Shown one piece after another: positions 44,767-53,925 of a DNA stretch of 64,000 nucleotides. Position 1 is the first letter of the stretch. Every line of letters starts with the position of its first letter. The position numbers and the translations under genes were made by a program. Source of the DNA: a virus. A model generated the notes under the pieces. That model searched no databases and had not been told where the DNA came from. It worked only from the letters and a program-made list of their open reading frames with translations. The DNA is taken from the IMG/VR virus record IMGVR_UViG_3300044691_000116, positions 9,234-73,233 of that record. One strand, 5' to 3'.

Positions 44767-44997
44767 CTAGACGGAGTCGCCGCAGACACCCTTGTTCGAC
44801 CATCGAATGGTCACGGTGCCGGGGCCTTCGACTTGCAGGAGAAGCGCATCGACGCCGCCGCGGTCATCGCAGTGATTGGCCTTGACTTGCACGCTTCCCG
44901 GGTGCGGGTCATCGTGGGCGACAGGGGGGGGTGCGGTCGCACAGGAAGCCAGCGAGGCCGCCAGAGTCAGGATTGCGAGGGTGGCGGCACGGTGCAT
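44767..44997 (-). CDS. Small lipoprotein
   Basis: GGAG RBS; signal peptide with lipobox LASC. Confidence 0.7.
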   Translation of the reverse strand: MHRAATLAILTLAASLASCATAPPPVAHDDPHPGSVQVKANHCDDRGGVDALLLQVEGPGTVTIRWSNKGVCGDSV

Positions 44998-45013
44998 AGG
45001 GGCTCCAGAATGC

Positions 45014-45043
45014 AAAAAGCCCGCAGAGCGAATCTGGCGGGCT
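45014..45043 (-). terminator. tR'-like terminator at the head of the late operon
   Basis: AGCCCGCCAGA-TTCGC-TCTGCGGGCTTTTT on minus. Confidence 0.75.
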
Positions 45044-45148
45044 GATTTGGCGATGGCTTCGCCCCAGCAGGGGCTACCGGTCGAACCGGTTTACGCGATA
45101 GTTCGCGATCGAATTACCCAACGGGACAAAACCAAGCTGGGCATGCGG

Positions 45149-45177
45149 ACTTTAGCGCGAGAAGTCGGGGAGCGCAA
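45149..45177 (-). promoter_or_regulatory. pR'-like late promoter
   Basis: TTGCGC-N17-TAAAGT, downstream of the Q-like gene and ~105 nt upstream of the terminator hairpin. Confidence 0.6.
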
Positions 45178-45213
45178 GCGGATCGTTGCGGCCTAGTTGG
45201 CGGCGGCGCATCT

Positions 45214-45444
45214 TCATGGGGCGCCCTTGCAAACCAACGTCCAGCGTGCACCGTCATTTGGAACATGAATCCATTGGCCGCCGCCGTTAGGGCACGCGAC
45301 GACGGGTTTCTCTGCGACGATCGGCGGCAATGGCGGTGCCGGTGGTTCCGGGTGATGCTGGGAACGCATGATTGTCGCCACCGCTTGGAAGAAGCTGAAG
45401 ATAGAGATGCCGACGACGGCGGGAAGGAAGCTGCCGTGGCTCAT
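45214..45444 (-). CDS. Small membrane-anchored hypothetical protein
   Basis: ATGA coupling, N-terminal TM. Confidence 0.6.
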   Translation of the reverse strand: MSHGSFLPAVVGISIFSFFQAVATIMRSQHHPEPPAPPLPPIVAEKPVVACPNGGGQWIHVPNDGARWTLVCKGAP

Positions 45445-45827
45445 GGCAGCTCCACCGTCTCGCCGAGCTTGCTGGCAACGTAGGCGCGCATCGCTGCAAC
45501 GAGGGGCCCTTCAAATGCGATGACACTCCCCTCTTCCGGGTAGTAGCCATGAGGCCCCGGCATCTTAGCCGTCCAACAGTTGTGACCTGGCTGAACTTCG
45601 CTTCCGGCTATCAAAGCGATCCGCTCGCGCTCGATGATCGGGCCGCCGTCCAGCCAAACGGTCGAAGGCGAGTATGTCCTGCCGGTCCGTCCCTCTCGAA
45701 TGCCGACTCCGATGATTCTCGCAGGGTTGGTGAGCGTGCGAGCGTACTCAAATTGTCCTTTCTCGCAGAGAGAGACAGCGTAGTCGAGCAGCACGCCGCC
45801 CAACTCAGAGGTCTTGTAGGTGGTCAT
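45441..45827 (-). CDS. NinX/DUF2591-like protein
   Basis: KTSEL.G..LDYAV, YSPST.W..GGPIIERE, PLVAAMRAYVASKLG. Confidence 0.85.
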   Translation of the reverse strand: MTTYKTSELGGVLLDYAVSLCEKGQFEYARTLTNPARIIGVGIREGRTGRTYSPSTVWLDGGPIIERERIALIAGSEVQPGHNCWTAKMPGPHGYYPEEGSVIAFEGPLVAAMRAYVASKLGETVELP

Positions 45828-46072
45828 ATGCAATACCTCTTGTACGCCTCGGCGAACCCATCGTTCGCTTCCCACTCCGTCGGGAACAATTGACCCCAGT
45901 CGAATACGTCGCCATTCTCAGCGATCTGGAAGTACTCGCTGTCCCCGCAAAGCTTCTTGCACGCGTCTTGGAACGTCTCGGCTTCCGCGCGACCGACAAG
46001 GAAGGCGGGGCTCGGGATCGTCTGGCCCATATCTGTCGGCAAGTAGGCGTGCCATACCTCGAATGTCTTCAT
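45824..46072 (-). CDS. Phage hypothetical protein
   Basis: AAGGA RBS; coupled to the next gene. Confidence 0.65.
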   Translation of the reverse strand: MKTFEVWHAYLPTDMGQTIPSPAFLVGRAEAETFQDACKKLCGDSEYFQIAENGDVFDWGQLFPTEWEANDGFAEAYKRYCI

Positions 46073-46104
46073 GCTGAAATCCTTCCTTCCGGCTCCTGCC
46101 GTCA

Positions 46105-46980
46105 TCAACGATTGGCCTGTTGCTCAGCAAGAGACAGCGTCGTCTTTGCCTCATCGACTGTCTCACGGGCCAGCCTCATCTGGCGCTCTACCTCGGTCAG
46201 CATCATCGAAGACTCGTCGAAGAGGTAGAGGGCGAAGTCATGCTGAGCGGGATTCTTGCCCAAGGTCGTCTTGCGTCGCCCGGATCCGCCGCAGCCCTGA
46301 CGCCGGGTGCACAGAATCTGCGGCGATCCATCGTACCCTCCACTGAAGCCGCGCCCTTGGCACTCATGGCACGTCGGGTCGAGCAGCGCGTCGAGCACGC
46401 GACCGGACAGTGCGTTGACGATGGTGAGGCGATCCCGAACGCGCTCGCGCCATGCGTGGAAGGCGGCGTCCTTATCCGGGTCAGTCTTCGGCATCGGCCC
46501 ACATTCCATGAAGCCGACACGCTGGGCGATGCTCATGGACCATGCGCCGAACCTCTGTTTCACTTCCGGCAGGCTCTTGAGTTTGAGCAGCACGAAGGCG
46601 TGAGCCATCTGGGTTTCGTGTTTGGCTTGCTCTCGGATTGCCTTGGCGAGCTCAACGACAAGAGCCTGCGCGTCGAGTGGGGACAGGTCGGGGTCGCCGC
46701 GCCGCCGACGGCGATGTTCCTCGGCCGCCATACGGAGACTCAACTCGGCCTTTGCGCGCGCGGCCGACGCATCCGAGTTCCGTCGCGCGAGCGAGCAATC
46801 TCCGCGAGCATTGTCGTATTCGGCCATGAGGCGATAGAGCATCGTACCCATGGTCTCCTTGACCAGGCCGGCGGCGATTATCAAATCGACATCTCCGCGC
46901 CTCAGCGTGGACATCTCGAGATGGCTCGTCCCCATAGCGCGGGAGTAGCGCTCGCCGAGAGTTGGTGCGTCAGTGCTCAT
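46105..46980 (-). CDS. Late antitermination protein, Q-like
   Basis: ERY.RA...D.IIAAG; CxxCxGRG...C....CxGSG zinc finger; precedes a pR'-tR'-like unit. Confidence 0.7.
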   Translation of the reverse strand: MSTDAPTLGERYSRAMGTSHLEMSTLRRGDVDLIIAAGLVKETMGTMLYRLMAEYDNARGDCSLARRNSDASAARAKAELSLRMAAEEHRRRRRGDPDLSPLDAQALVVELAKAIREQAKHETQMAHAFVLLKLKSLPEVKQRFGAWSMSIAQRVGFMECGPMPKTDPDKDAAFHAWRERVRDRLTIVNALSGRVLDALLDPTCHECQGRGFSGGYDGSPQILCTRRQGCGGSGRRKTTLGKNPAQHDFALYLFDESSMMLTEVERQMRLARETVDEAKTTLSLAEQQANR

Positions 46981-47007
46981 GGTCTCCGCTCCTCAGCGTG
47001 TCGTGTT

Positions 47008-47460
47008 TCATTGGCCGCGATAGTCTTCCCAGCGTTTTTCGCTGAAGATGACGCCTAGGTCGACCGCACCGAAGGCTAGGACTTTCTCAAGGTATTCGCT
47101 CATCTTTTTCACGGACAGGCCAGTCGTCGAGCGCAGGCGCCGCAGTACCGATGTGCGCTTGCGCCCCGCGACCTTGACCTTCTTGATCTCGTAGCCGAGG
47201 AACTGTCGCTTGCACAGCTCGTGATATGCCTCGGCCGCGAATTGGTCGCCATTGATGCGCGCCTGTTCGGAGATTTCCTTTAGGACGACGCCCCAATAGA
47301 ATCGCAGTTGCCGCAGGGTGCGGTCGCTCTCAGCCTCTTCGGCCCGAATACGCACCTCCTTGCCGTCGGCGATCAGCATCTGCGCGCGCTCGTAGGCCAG
47401 CTTCGCGACCTTGTGCGCGCCCTGGCGGGTGCTGACGATGACGTCGAGGGGTTCGGTCAA
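47008..47460 (-). CDS. NinB-family recombination protein
   Basis: RTLRQ.RFYW...EISEQ...RSTT.LSVK.MSEYLE. Confidence 0.8.
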   Translation of the reverse strand: MTEPLDVIVSTRQGAHKVAKLAYERAQMLIADGKEVRIRAEEAESDRTLRQLRFYWGVVLKEISEQARINGDQFAAEAYHELCKRQFLGYEIKKVKVAGRKRTSVLRRLRSTTGLSVKKMSEYLEKVLAFGAVDLGVIFSEKRWEDYRGQ

Positions 47461-47693
47461 GCACCCTCCCCTTTGGGCCATTCCGCGCGAACACGCTCCC
47501 GCAACCGGCGCCCCGCTTCAGCGCCTTCGAGGAAGTCCACTTGCTCGATGAAGGCGGCCCGCTTGCCGCGGTTCGAGTTCCCGCGCATCGACAGAATCTC
47601 CTGAACTTGGCGGTGACGATGCAGACACTCAGCCCTCCACTCGGGCGAATCGCTTTCGACCTCGCGGCCATCGGAGAGGGTGACGGTGGTCAT
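47457..47693 (-). CDS. Phage hypothetical protein
   Basis: DS.EWR.EC motif; coupled. Confidence 0.7.
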   Translation of the reverse strand: MTTVTLSDGREVESDSPEWRAECLHRHRQVQEILSMRGNSNRGKRAAFIEQVDFLEGAEAGRRLRERVRAEWPKGEGA

Positions 47694-48196
47694 GCGGCGC
47701 CCGTCCAATCCAAGGATTTGTCTTGCATCCAAAGGCGCTCGCGCGGACCACCTTCGTAGGGTGAAACATTGAATAGTTCGCAGAGTTTCAGGAAGTCGCG
47801 CCAACTCAACCCCTCGTGGCCGTCCGTCTTGACGAAGCGTGGCAGTTGCTCGTCGAGCATGTCTGAATCATCGTCAAGGATTGCGTACTCGATGACCTCG
47901 GGATGAGCCTTGAGCCAGTCGGCGATTTGCTGCCCGCGTGGACCCATTCCGTTGCCCGTCTTGCTCATGATCGGCAGCCTCAGCGCGTTCGCCACGTCGT
48001 GCGGGTCGCGCCCCAGACGCCATGCCGATGAAAGGCATATGCTCAAACCACCCACCTCGCAAAGCCGGCGAATCATGCCAAGCGCCGCTTGATCAAACGC
48101 CGCTTGATGCTCCAACTCAAACGGGTAGCCGCCGAAAGCGAGCGCCGTCCGTGTGCTATTCAACACGCCATCGATGTCGAGGAATAGAACCCTCAT
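47690..48196 (-). CDS. HAD-superfamily protein (Swiss-Army-Knife RNA-repair-type HAD domain)
   Basis: LFLDIDGVLN, SSAWR, RG.QI..WL, YAILDDD.D. Confidence 0.9.
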   Translation of the reverse strand: MRVLFLDIDGVLNSTRTALAFGGYPFELEHQAAFDQAALGMIRRLCEVGGLSICLSSAWRLGRDPHDVANALRLPIMSKTGNGMGPRGQQIADWLKAHPEVIEYAILDDDSDMLDEQLPRFVKTDGHEGLSWRDFLKLCELFNVSPYEGGPRERLWMQDKSLDWTGAA

Positions 48197-48717
48197 GCGG
48201 TTGTTCCTCTAATGAGTCCGACCCGGGCCAGTACCGCCCTCAACTTCGCATCGCCCGCAGCGTTGGTGATCAGCGTGGCCTGCGTATCGGCAGCTGCTCG
48301 GAGTTCGAAGGCGCGTTTCTCGCCGCGGTTCATCAGCGCCGTCATGCCTACCAAAAAATGGCATCCGGGCGCATCGAAGCCTCGCGCGACACACCCAGGC
48401 CAACAGGTGAGATCGCAAGCCTTGATGCGCTCACCTTTCCCGTCCGCTCCAGAATCCGAATGGCAGGCATTCGAGAATCCGACGATGCCGCATCGGTAGC
48501 ATGGCAACGCGGCCACTGCGCGTCGATAGCCTTCGTCGACCACGTACTCGCGCTTGGGCTGCGGGTTGAACACCGCCGCACTTGGCGCTGGCACCCGGTA
48601 CAGCCGCGGCGCGATGCGTTCGAGGGTGACGACGAGGTCGTCGTCGAGCGGGAGCGTCACGCGCACCGGCGGTTTACGCTTGAATGCGGTTCTCCGAAGT
48701 GGCGCGCCGCGGTTCAC
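48193..48717 (-). CDS. Zn-binding nuclease-like protein (DUF968/DUF1364-like)
   Basis: YRR.VA.LPC..CG.....ACH...K..D....PGC...CH. Confidence 0.7.
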   Translation of the reverse strand: MNRGAPLRRTAFKRKPPVRVTLPLDDDLVVTLERIAPRLYRVPAPSAAVFNPQPKREYVVDEGYRRAVAALPCYRCGIVGFSNACHSDSGADGKGERIKACDLTCWPGCVARGFDAPGCHFLVGMTALMNRGEKRAFELRAAADTQATLITNAAGDAKLRAVLARVGLIRGTTA

Positions 48718-48893
48718 GACACCATCCCCCAGAGCAAGATCAGCGCGCCGACTGCGGCCAGAAAAACACCGAACACTCCGCAGACCGCAATCGCGTCATG
48801 TTTCTGGTCCCACGTCTCGTGGAGCGCTGGTGTCGGGTAGAGGTATTCGGCCAGAATCGCGACGAGGAACATCAAACAGCCGAGCGTGATCAC
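48714..48893 (-). CDS. Small two-TM protein (59 aa, not in the ORF track)
   Basis: GTGA coupling at both ends; GAGG RBS. Confidence 0.6.
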   Translation of the reverse strand: MITLGCLMFLVAILAEYLYPTPALHETWDQKHDAIAVCGVFGVFLAAVGALILLWGMVS

Positions 48894-49213
48894 GCTGCCA
48901 CCTCTTCAGGCCGGCCGGTGATGATCACCATCTCGTCGACCGCATCTGCGCCCGGGTCGCGGAGGGGACGAAGCATCGCATCCGGGATGTCGACGAGACT
49001 GCCCATCGTGGGGTTTTGCCAGTGCCCGTCGCAACAGGCCAACAGGCCGCCGCTTGCCGAACGAATCGCCCAATGAAATCGCGAGTCGCCGTCCGAGCTC
49101 CAATCGTCACCAGCCTCGACCACCCGCACGAATTTTCCTACATCCATTTCACTCCATGGATCCTCAGCCCCCACAATCACAGCGATGTCGCCGACCTTGC
49201 AATTGAGTTTCAT
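48890..49213 (-). CDS. Phage hypothetical protein
   Basis: LNCK.GD.AVIV...D..LRPLRDPG.DAVDEM motif. Confidence 0.8.
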   Translation of the reverse strand: MKLNCKVGDIAVIVGAEDPWSEMDVGKFVRVVEAGDDWSSDGDSRFHWAIRSASGGLLACCDGHWQNPTMGSLVDIPDAMLRPLRDPGADAVDEMVIITGRPEEVAA

Positions 49214-49216
49214 TGG

Positions 49217-50560
49217 TTAATCCGCCTCAAAGTGACGCTTGCCACGCGAAGCGGCAGCGATGGGTTTGATGTCCTCGGAGCTCTCGTTCCAGAGTTGGTA
49301 GCGCCCCTGGAAGTCCAGGCCGAACTTCCCCGTGGATCCGCTTCGGTTCGCCGCGACGCCACAGGCGATCAACTTGTGCCCGAACGTATCGAAGTCGCGC
49401 ACCGGCCAGAGGAAGATCACGGCGTCAGCGTCCTGCTCGATCGATCCGGACTCGCGCAGGTCAGAGAGCCGCGGCTCTTTGTCGGGTCGGCTCTCCACGT
49501 CGCGGTTCAACTGCGACAGCAGCAGAACGGCGCAGTCCAACTCCTTCGCCAGCGTCTTGATACCGCGGCTGATCTCGCCGATCTCCTCGTTTCGATTGGC
49601 GCCGGCTCGACCAGTGCTGCCTGAGCACAGCTGCAAGTAGTCGATCACCAGTAGCTTCAAGCCCTTGACGGCGCGCGCCTTGCTACGGATGTCGTTGAGC
49701 GTCAGGCCGCCCTGATCGTCGATCCAGATCGGCACCCGGGACAGCGTCTCAACACCCTCGGTCATGCAGCCCCAGTCGTCGTTCGTCAGCTTGCCGGTCA
49801 TGAGATTGCTGTAGGGGACTCGACCAACGTTGGAGATCGCGCGGTCTGTCACCTCGGTGTCCGGCATCTCCTGGGTGAGGATCAGCGACGGCAGCCCGTC
49901 GTCTTTGGCGAACGTCGTTGCGATTTGGGCGCACAGACTGGTCTTGCCGACCTTCGGTCGCGCAGCCACGACGTAGACCTTGCCTCCGCGCAGTCCACCG
50001 GATAGGAGGCGATCCAGAGTTGGGATCCGTGTTCGCCAGGCGCTCGGGATCTCGCCCATGGACAACGCGGTGTAGTAGTCGATCCGGTTGATCAGAAGAT
50101 CACTGATCAGCCGCGGCATCTTGCGCACGGTCTTGTGTGCCATGCCGCTAAAGAGCGCCGTGATCTGCTCAAGTCGGCCGTTCAACTCGCCATCACCCTC
50201 GGCGATCGCTGCCGCCTCCTCGATGGCCGCGGACAGGTTTCGCTCAATCGAGGCGATGCGCAGGATCTCGGCGTAGCGCCGCGCCGCGCGTGGACTGCCC
50301 AGGCTCTGCGCAATCGCGTTGATGTCCGTAACGGACAGGTCGTGCGTGCCGAGTTCGCCGAGCTTCTGGTGCACCGTGAGCACATCCACGGCCTTGCTCG
50401 CCATCACGAGCGCCGACACCGCAACGAAGATGGCTCGATTGCCGACGTTGACGAAGTCCCGCTCGGTGACCACGTCCGCCACCCGGTCAAAAGTCTCCGG
50501 GTGCGTGATGATCGCCGACAGCAGTGCATGCTCGGTGTCGAGGCTGAAGGTACGGCTCAT
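49217..50560 (-). CDS. dnaB: Replicative DNA helicase, DnaB-like
   Basis: AARPKVGKT, VIDYLQL, LSQLNR, DLRESGSIEQDAD. Confidence 0.95.
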   Translation of the reverse strand: MSRTFSLDTEHALLSAIITHPETFDRVADVVTERDFVNVGNRAIFVAVSALVMASKAVDVLTVHQKLGELGTHDLSVTDINAIAQSLGSPRAARRYAEILRIASIERNLSAAIEEAAAIAEGDGELNGRLEQITALFSGMAHKTVRKMPRLISDLLINRIDYYTALSMGEIPSAWRTRIPTLDRLLSGGLRGGKVYVVAARPKVGKTSLCAQIATTFAKDDGLPSLILTQEMPDTEVTDRAISNVGRVPYSNLMTGKLTNDDWGCMTEGVETLSRVPIWIDDQGGLTLNDIRSKARAVKGLKLLVIDYLQLCSGSTGRAGANRNEEIGEISRGIKTLAKELDCAVLLLSQLNRDVESRPDKEPRLSDLRESGSIEQDADAVIFLWPVRDFDTFGHKLIACGVAANRSGSTGKFGLDFQGRYQLWNESSEDIKPIAAASRGKRHFEAD

Positions 50561-51489
50561 GCGGGCACCTCTTCAGTCTCTTCTTCGTCCGGAACGTAGC
50601 CCTGGTCGTGGTAGTCGCTCTCCAGAACGCGATTCCACTTCTCCTGCGCCACGATCCACTCAAGCTTCGCAAAGAATCGCCGCCGACCCGGCGAGGGTTC
50701 AACCTTACCCGTGAGGAACGGGCTCGTCGCGACGAATCGAAACAGCTTGGCAAAGAAGCGAAGGCCGTCATCCTGCGTCTTCCAGCCTTTCTCCTTGGCA
50801 GTTTCGCGCCAACGAGTTCGGAGAGCCTCCGCACGCTTGCCGTTCCACAACGCTGGGTTGTGGCGCGGATTGTCCGGCAGCAGCTTTTCCCACAAGGCAA
50901 GGATTTCGCCGTGAGGGCAGTCGGGGTATGCCAACTTCCGAGCCTTGCCGCCAGTCGCGGTGGGCGAATCGCCAGATTCGGACGAAGCATCACCGTTAGG
51001 TGATGCTGGGTTTACTTCTTCTCTCCTCTCCTCTTCTCTAGGCGTGACATCGTCATCGGTGGCGTGACATGGCGTGACATGGCGTGATGTGTCTTCGTTT
51101 GGTTTTGTTTGGTTGTCGGCGTCGGCGTCACGGGCGCGTTGCCGGCGCTTTCTCTCCGTTGCGTTGTCGTCGTCCCGCTCGCGCTTTGGCTGGCGCCTGT
51201 CCCATGCCTCAAGCCGCCCCGATGCGCGAATCACCATGGCCTTGTCGACCATGACGCCGTAAACGCGCTCAGCGTCACCTTCTTCCATGCCGAGCAGGAA
51301 GTCGATGGATTCAAAGTCGGGCATACCGGGGTTGCCGCGATCTTCCGAGGCGCTGGCTGCCTCCATGAGTAGGTGCCACATCGCGATGACATCGCCGCGA
51401 CGCACCCTAGCCTTCGATGCCACAAGCCCGAGTTTCGGGTCCGACACCGTGCCGTGGTGCGCGCGATACCATTCGATGCCACCAGCCAT
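50557..51489 (-). CDS. Replication initiator (lambda O-like)
   Basis: W.R.HHG...DPK N-domain, W..RQ.KRE, internal iterons, C-domain SPFL.G...LEWI; directly upstream of dnaB. Confidence 0.85.
   Translation of the reverse strand: MAGGIEWYRAHHGTVSDPKLGLVASKARVRRGDVIAMWHLLMEAASASEDRGNPGMPDFESIDFLLGMEEGDAERVYGVMVDKAMVIRASGRLEAWDRRQPKRERDDDNATERKRRQRARDADADNQTKPNEDTSRHVTPCHATDDDVTPREEERREEVNPASPNGDASSESGDSPTATGGKARKLAYPDCPHGEILALWEKLLPDNPRHNPALWNGKRAEALRTRWRETAKEKGWKTQDDGLRFFAKLFRFVATSPFLTGKVEPSPGRRRFFAKLEWIVAQEKWNRVLESDYHDQGYVPDEEETEEVPA
51012..51090. repeat. Replication origin iterons inside the initiator gene
   Basis: GGCGTGACAT at 51041, 51061 and 51071, GGCGTGATGT at 51081 (10-bp phasing), next to a strand-asymmetric CT tract at 51016-51039. 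Confidence 0.75.
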
Positions 51490-51710
51490 CAGCGCAGGCC
51501 CTCCTGCTTGCGGTGGGCGGCCAGCAGCCGCTCCGACTCTGAGCGCGAGTTCAGGCCCGCGGCCTTGACCGCGTCGAGATCGAGCATGTCGATGCCGGTC
51601 GTCTCGGGCGGAAATACCTCGCAAGCCGTCAGGCCGTGGCGACGTGCGATCTCGCGGCACTCCGCGATGGCGTGCAGGCGATCATTTGCCAATTGGAGAG
51701 GCTGGCTCAC
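51489..51710 (-). CDS. Phage hypothetical protein
   Basis: GTGA and TGATG coupling. Confidence 0.6.
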   Translation of the reverse strand: MSQPLQLANDRLHAIAECREIARRHGLTACEVFPPETTGIDMLDLDAVKAAGLNSRSESERLLAAHRKQEGLR

Positions 51711-52006
51711 GAGAACAACGCTCCCTGCGCTTCGCCGACCGCGGCCAGCCGGACGGGGTGGATCTGCCTGCCGGAGACGTTGCAAGCGCGCGTCGGGCCG
51801 AGCTCTAGCACACCCAGGTGGCGAAGGTCATTGCACCGACCAGACACCGTATTGATCGGAAGCCCCGTCGCGCGGCACAACTCCTGCAAGCTGTAATTCC
51901 TGCCGACAGAGATGGCGTCGACGATGATCTGCTGCTGCCGCGAGAGGGTACCGTCCGCGCGGATGGCTTCGTAGGCCTCGCGGCTGGTTGAGGCGACGTT
52001 TGTCAT
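51707..52006 (-). CDS. Winged-HTH protein
   Basis: TSREAY...Q......SLQEL....GL.INTVSGR.N.L...G. Confidence 0.8.
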   Translation of the reverse strand: MTNVASTSREAYEAIRADGTLSRQQQIIVDAISVGRNYSLQELCRATGLPINTVSGRCNDLRHLGVLELGPTRACNVSGRQIHPVRLAAVGEAQGALFS

Positions 52007-52545
52007 GCGACCCCGTTCCAGTTGAAGGCGCTCGCCGCAGGGATCACCACAGACTTTCTGGCGGTTCCGCGCCGAATGTTCCCGGCGTGCGTCTTGCTGA
52101 TACCGTGTCGTGCCGCGCACGCATCGAGGCTGTCGGTGCTAGCGCGAATATCAGTGATATGCGAATCATCCAGGCGCGACTGCGCTCGGCGCCCTATCGC
52201 CACCTTTGCGGCGTGCAACATGGGGTTTTTGCGCGGGTGTCTCTGGCACGCAGCCGATAGCGTACCGGCGCGCCAATGCCCTGGATTGGCGCAAGTGCTG
52301 ACGCCGCAGTGCGGATACCAGACCACATCCGGCGCCGGCCGCTTCCCCGTCTTCAGAAAGCAGATGACGCCGCCGATTGTGACGGTGGCGCGAAACTCAG
52401 CGAACCAGAGTTTCGGGGTGCCGCGGCAGTCCAGCGCCAGTTGCCAGAGCCAGCACGCATCCTCACCGTCTGCGACGCGGGATCGCGCTTTGAGGTCGTT
52501 GGCGGAACGAACGCCGCCGAGGTATTTTCCAAGCACGTGCGCCAT
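52003..52545 (-). CDS. HNH-like Zn-binding protein with C-terminal HTH
   Basis: CWLW, CG...CANP.H; GAGGAG RBS. Confidence 0.7.
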   Translation of the reverse strand: MAHVLGKYLGGVRSANDLKARSRVADGEDACWLWQLALDCRGTPKLWFAEFRATVTIGGVICFLKTGKRPAPDVVWYPHCGVSTCANPGHWRAGTLSAACQRHPRKNPMLHAAKVAIGRRAQSRLDDSHITDIRASTDSLDACAARHGISKTHAGNIRRGTARKSVVIPAASAFNWNGVA

Positions 52546-52546
52546 C

Positions 52547-52891
52547 TCAACTCCTCGCCTTCGGCTGCCAAGCCGGCACGACGACGGAATCGAATTTCGA
52601 CGAGAAGCCCGGTGGCCAATCGAGGCGAAAGACCGGCATTGGTGGCACCGGCGCCCCATCCATCGGAGTCATCCGCCACATGATTCGTCCGGTCGAATTC
52701 CTCATTCGCTCGACCCAGCCAGCCTCGACAGCAGCCTTGAGCGTCGACGGGACGGCGTTACCTTCGACGCCGAGCGCCCTGGCCATCACGCAGTTTCGTG
52801 ACCAGGCGCCAGCTGGCTTGCTGCGTTGCTGGGTCTTGAGCCAAGCGACCATTCGAGCCTCGTCGGATCCTTGCTTCGGCGCGTAGCTCAT
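52547..52891 (-). CDS. Winged-HTH-like hypothetical protein
   Basis: Y.PK.GS...A..LGV....V...L..AV..G. Confidence 0.65.
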   Translation of the reverse strand: MSYAPKQGSDEARMVAWLKTQQRSKPAGAWSRNCVMARALGVEGNAVPSTLKAAVEAGWVERMRNSTGRIMWRMTPMDGAPVPPMPVFRLDWPPGFSSKFDSVVVPAWQPKARS

Positions 52892-53154
52892 ACCGCCGGT
52901 CTCCCCGCCTCGAACGCGTCGCGAAAGCCATTGGCGATCTCGGTGCCGATGTCGAGCGGTGCGGCATCAGCGGGCCGGCGCGCGATCCATTCCGGCATCC
53001 TCGATTGGTCGCCACGGTTGCGGCACACGCCTTGCCTCGCCAAGTCGTCGGTGATGCGATCGATCTCGACAATATCCCCGCGGGAAGCGGCATGGATAAG
53101 TGCGTCCCTTTCGTTCAGTCCGAACGTGAGGGCGATGTGTGGGTGCGTGAGCAT
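52888..53154 (-). CDS. Phage hypothetical protein
   Basis: GAGGA RBS before MLTHPHIA; ATGA coupling. Confidence 0.65.
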   Translation of the reverse strand: MLTHPHIALTFGLNERDALIHAASRGDIVEIDRITDDLARQGVCRNRGDQSRMPEWIARRPADAAPLDIGTEIANGFRDAFEAGRPAV

Positions 53155-53207
53155 GGTGGGTTCCTCGAAGGAAATCAGTTGGTGCGGCGCCAGCAAGCGC
53201 CCTTCAA

Positions 53208-53642
53208 TCAGGTGGCGCGAATTTCCTTGAAGATCCGGCGCTCTATCTCGCGCTCCATCCTTTCGCGCTTCAACTCCTCCAACGCGATGCGGAGCCGCAT
53301 CTCCGTCTGGGTCTCCACGTGGCGCAGCGTCGTAATGTCGTAATTGCGCGAGTGCAGCAGCCACAACATCGGCGCCTCGTTCTCGGCGACATCCATGAAC
53401 AAGTTCAACTTGTCCTGTGGAAAATTCGCGGATCCGGCCTGTCCCATGATTCGAGACCACTGCGCCTGATCCTTCACGACACCGGTAGCGCCGTAGAACT
53501 GCGCGTCATCCTTACCGCTCAACGTCTGGCACAGATGCAGCGCCTTCGTGAACGTCGGCTGTTTGTAGATCAGCGCCGGGTCGATCGCCTGCATTGCTGG
53601 GCGATTGGTCATTTCAAACTGCATCGCCGCATCATTCGTCAT
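53208..53642 (-). CDS. CII-like transcriptional regulator
   Basis: D..QWSRI..G..NFP.DKL..FM....N..P..WL; coiled-coil tail; lies between cro and the replication genes. Confidence 0.65.
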   Translation of the reverse strand: MTNDAAMQFEMTNRPAMQAIDPALIYKQPTFTKALHLCQTLSGKDDAQFYGATGVVKDQAQWSRIMGQAGSANFPQDKLNLFMDVAENEAPMLWLLHSRNYDITTLRHVETQTEMRLRIALEELKRERMEREIERRIFKEIRAT

Positions 53643-53925
53643 GATTTATGACTCGGCATGACTCGTTCAGTTGGGCAAAAAAAGTTGCAATGAATGCATG
53701 GACAACTTCAGCGACGCAACGAGTGAAACCAACCAACGACATGTGGGCGATGGCTGCCGTCCAATCGCTCCTCAAGCGAGCCTGTACGACGATCTCGCGG
53801 GAATACGCCTTCCTGGCCGGGGACATTGCGGTGCCAGATACGAAGCTGTTGGCGCAAGCCTTGGAGAAGGCACGCAGGAAGGCACCAGGAAGGCCGACAC
53901 GGAGGGGTTGAACGGCCCGCATGCC

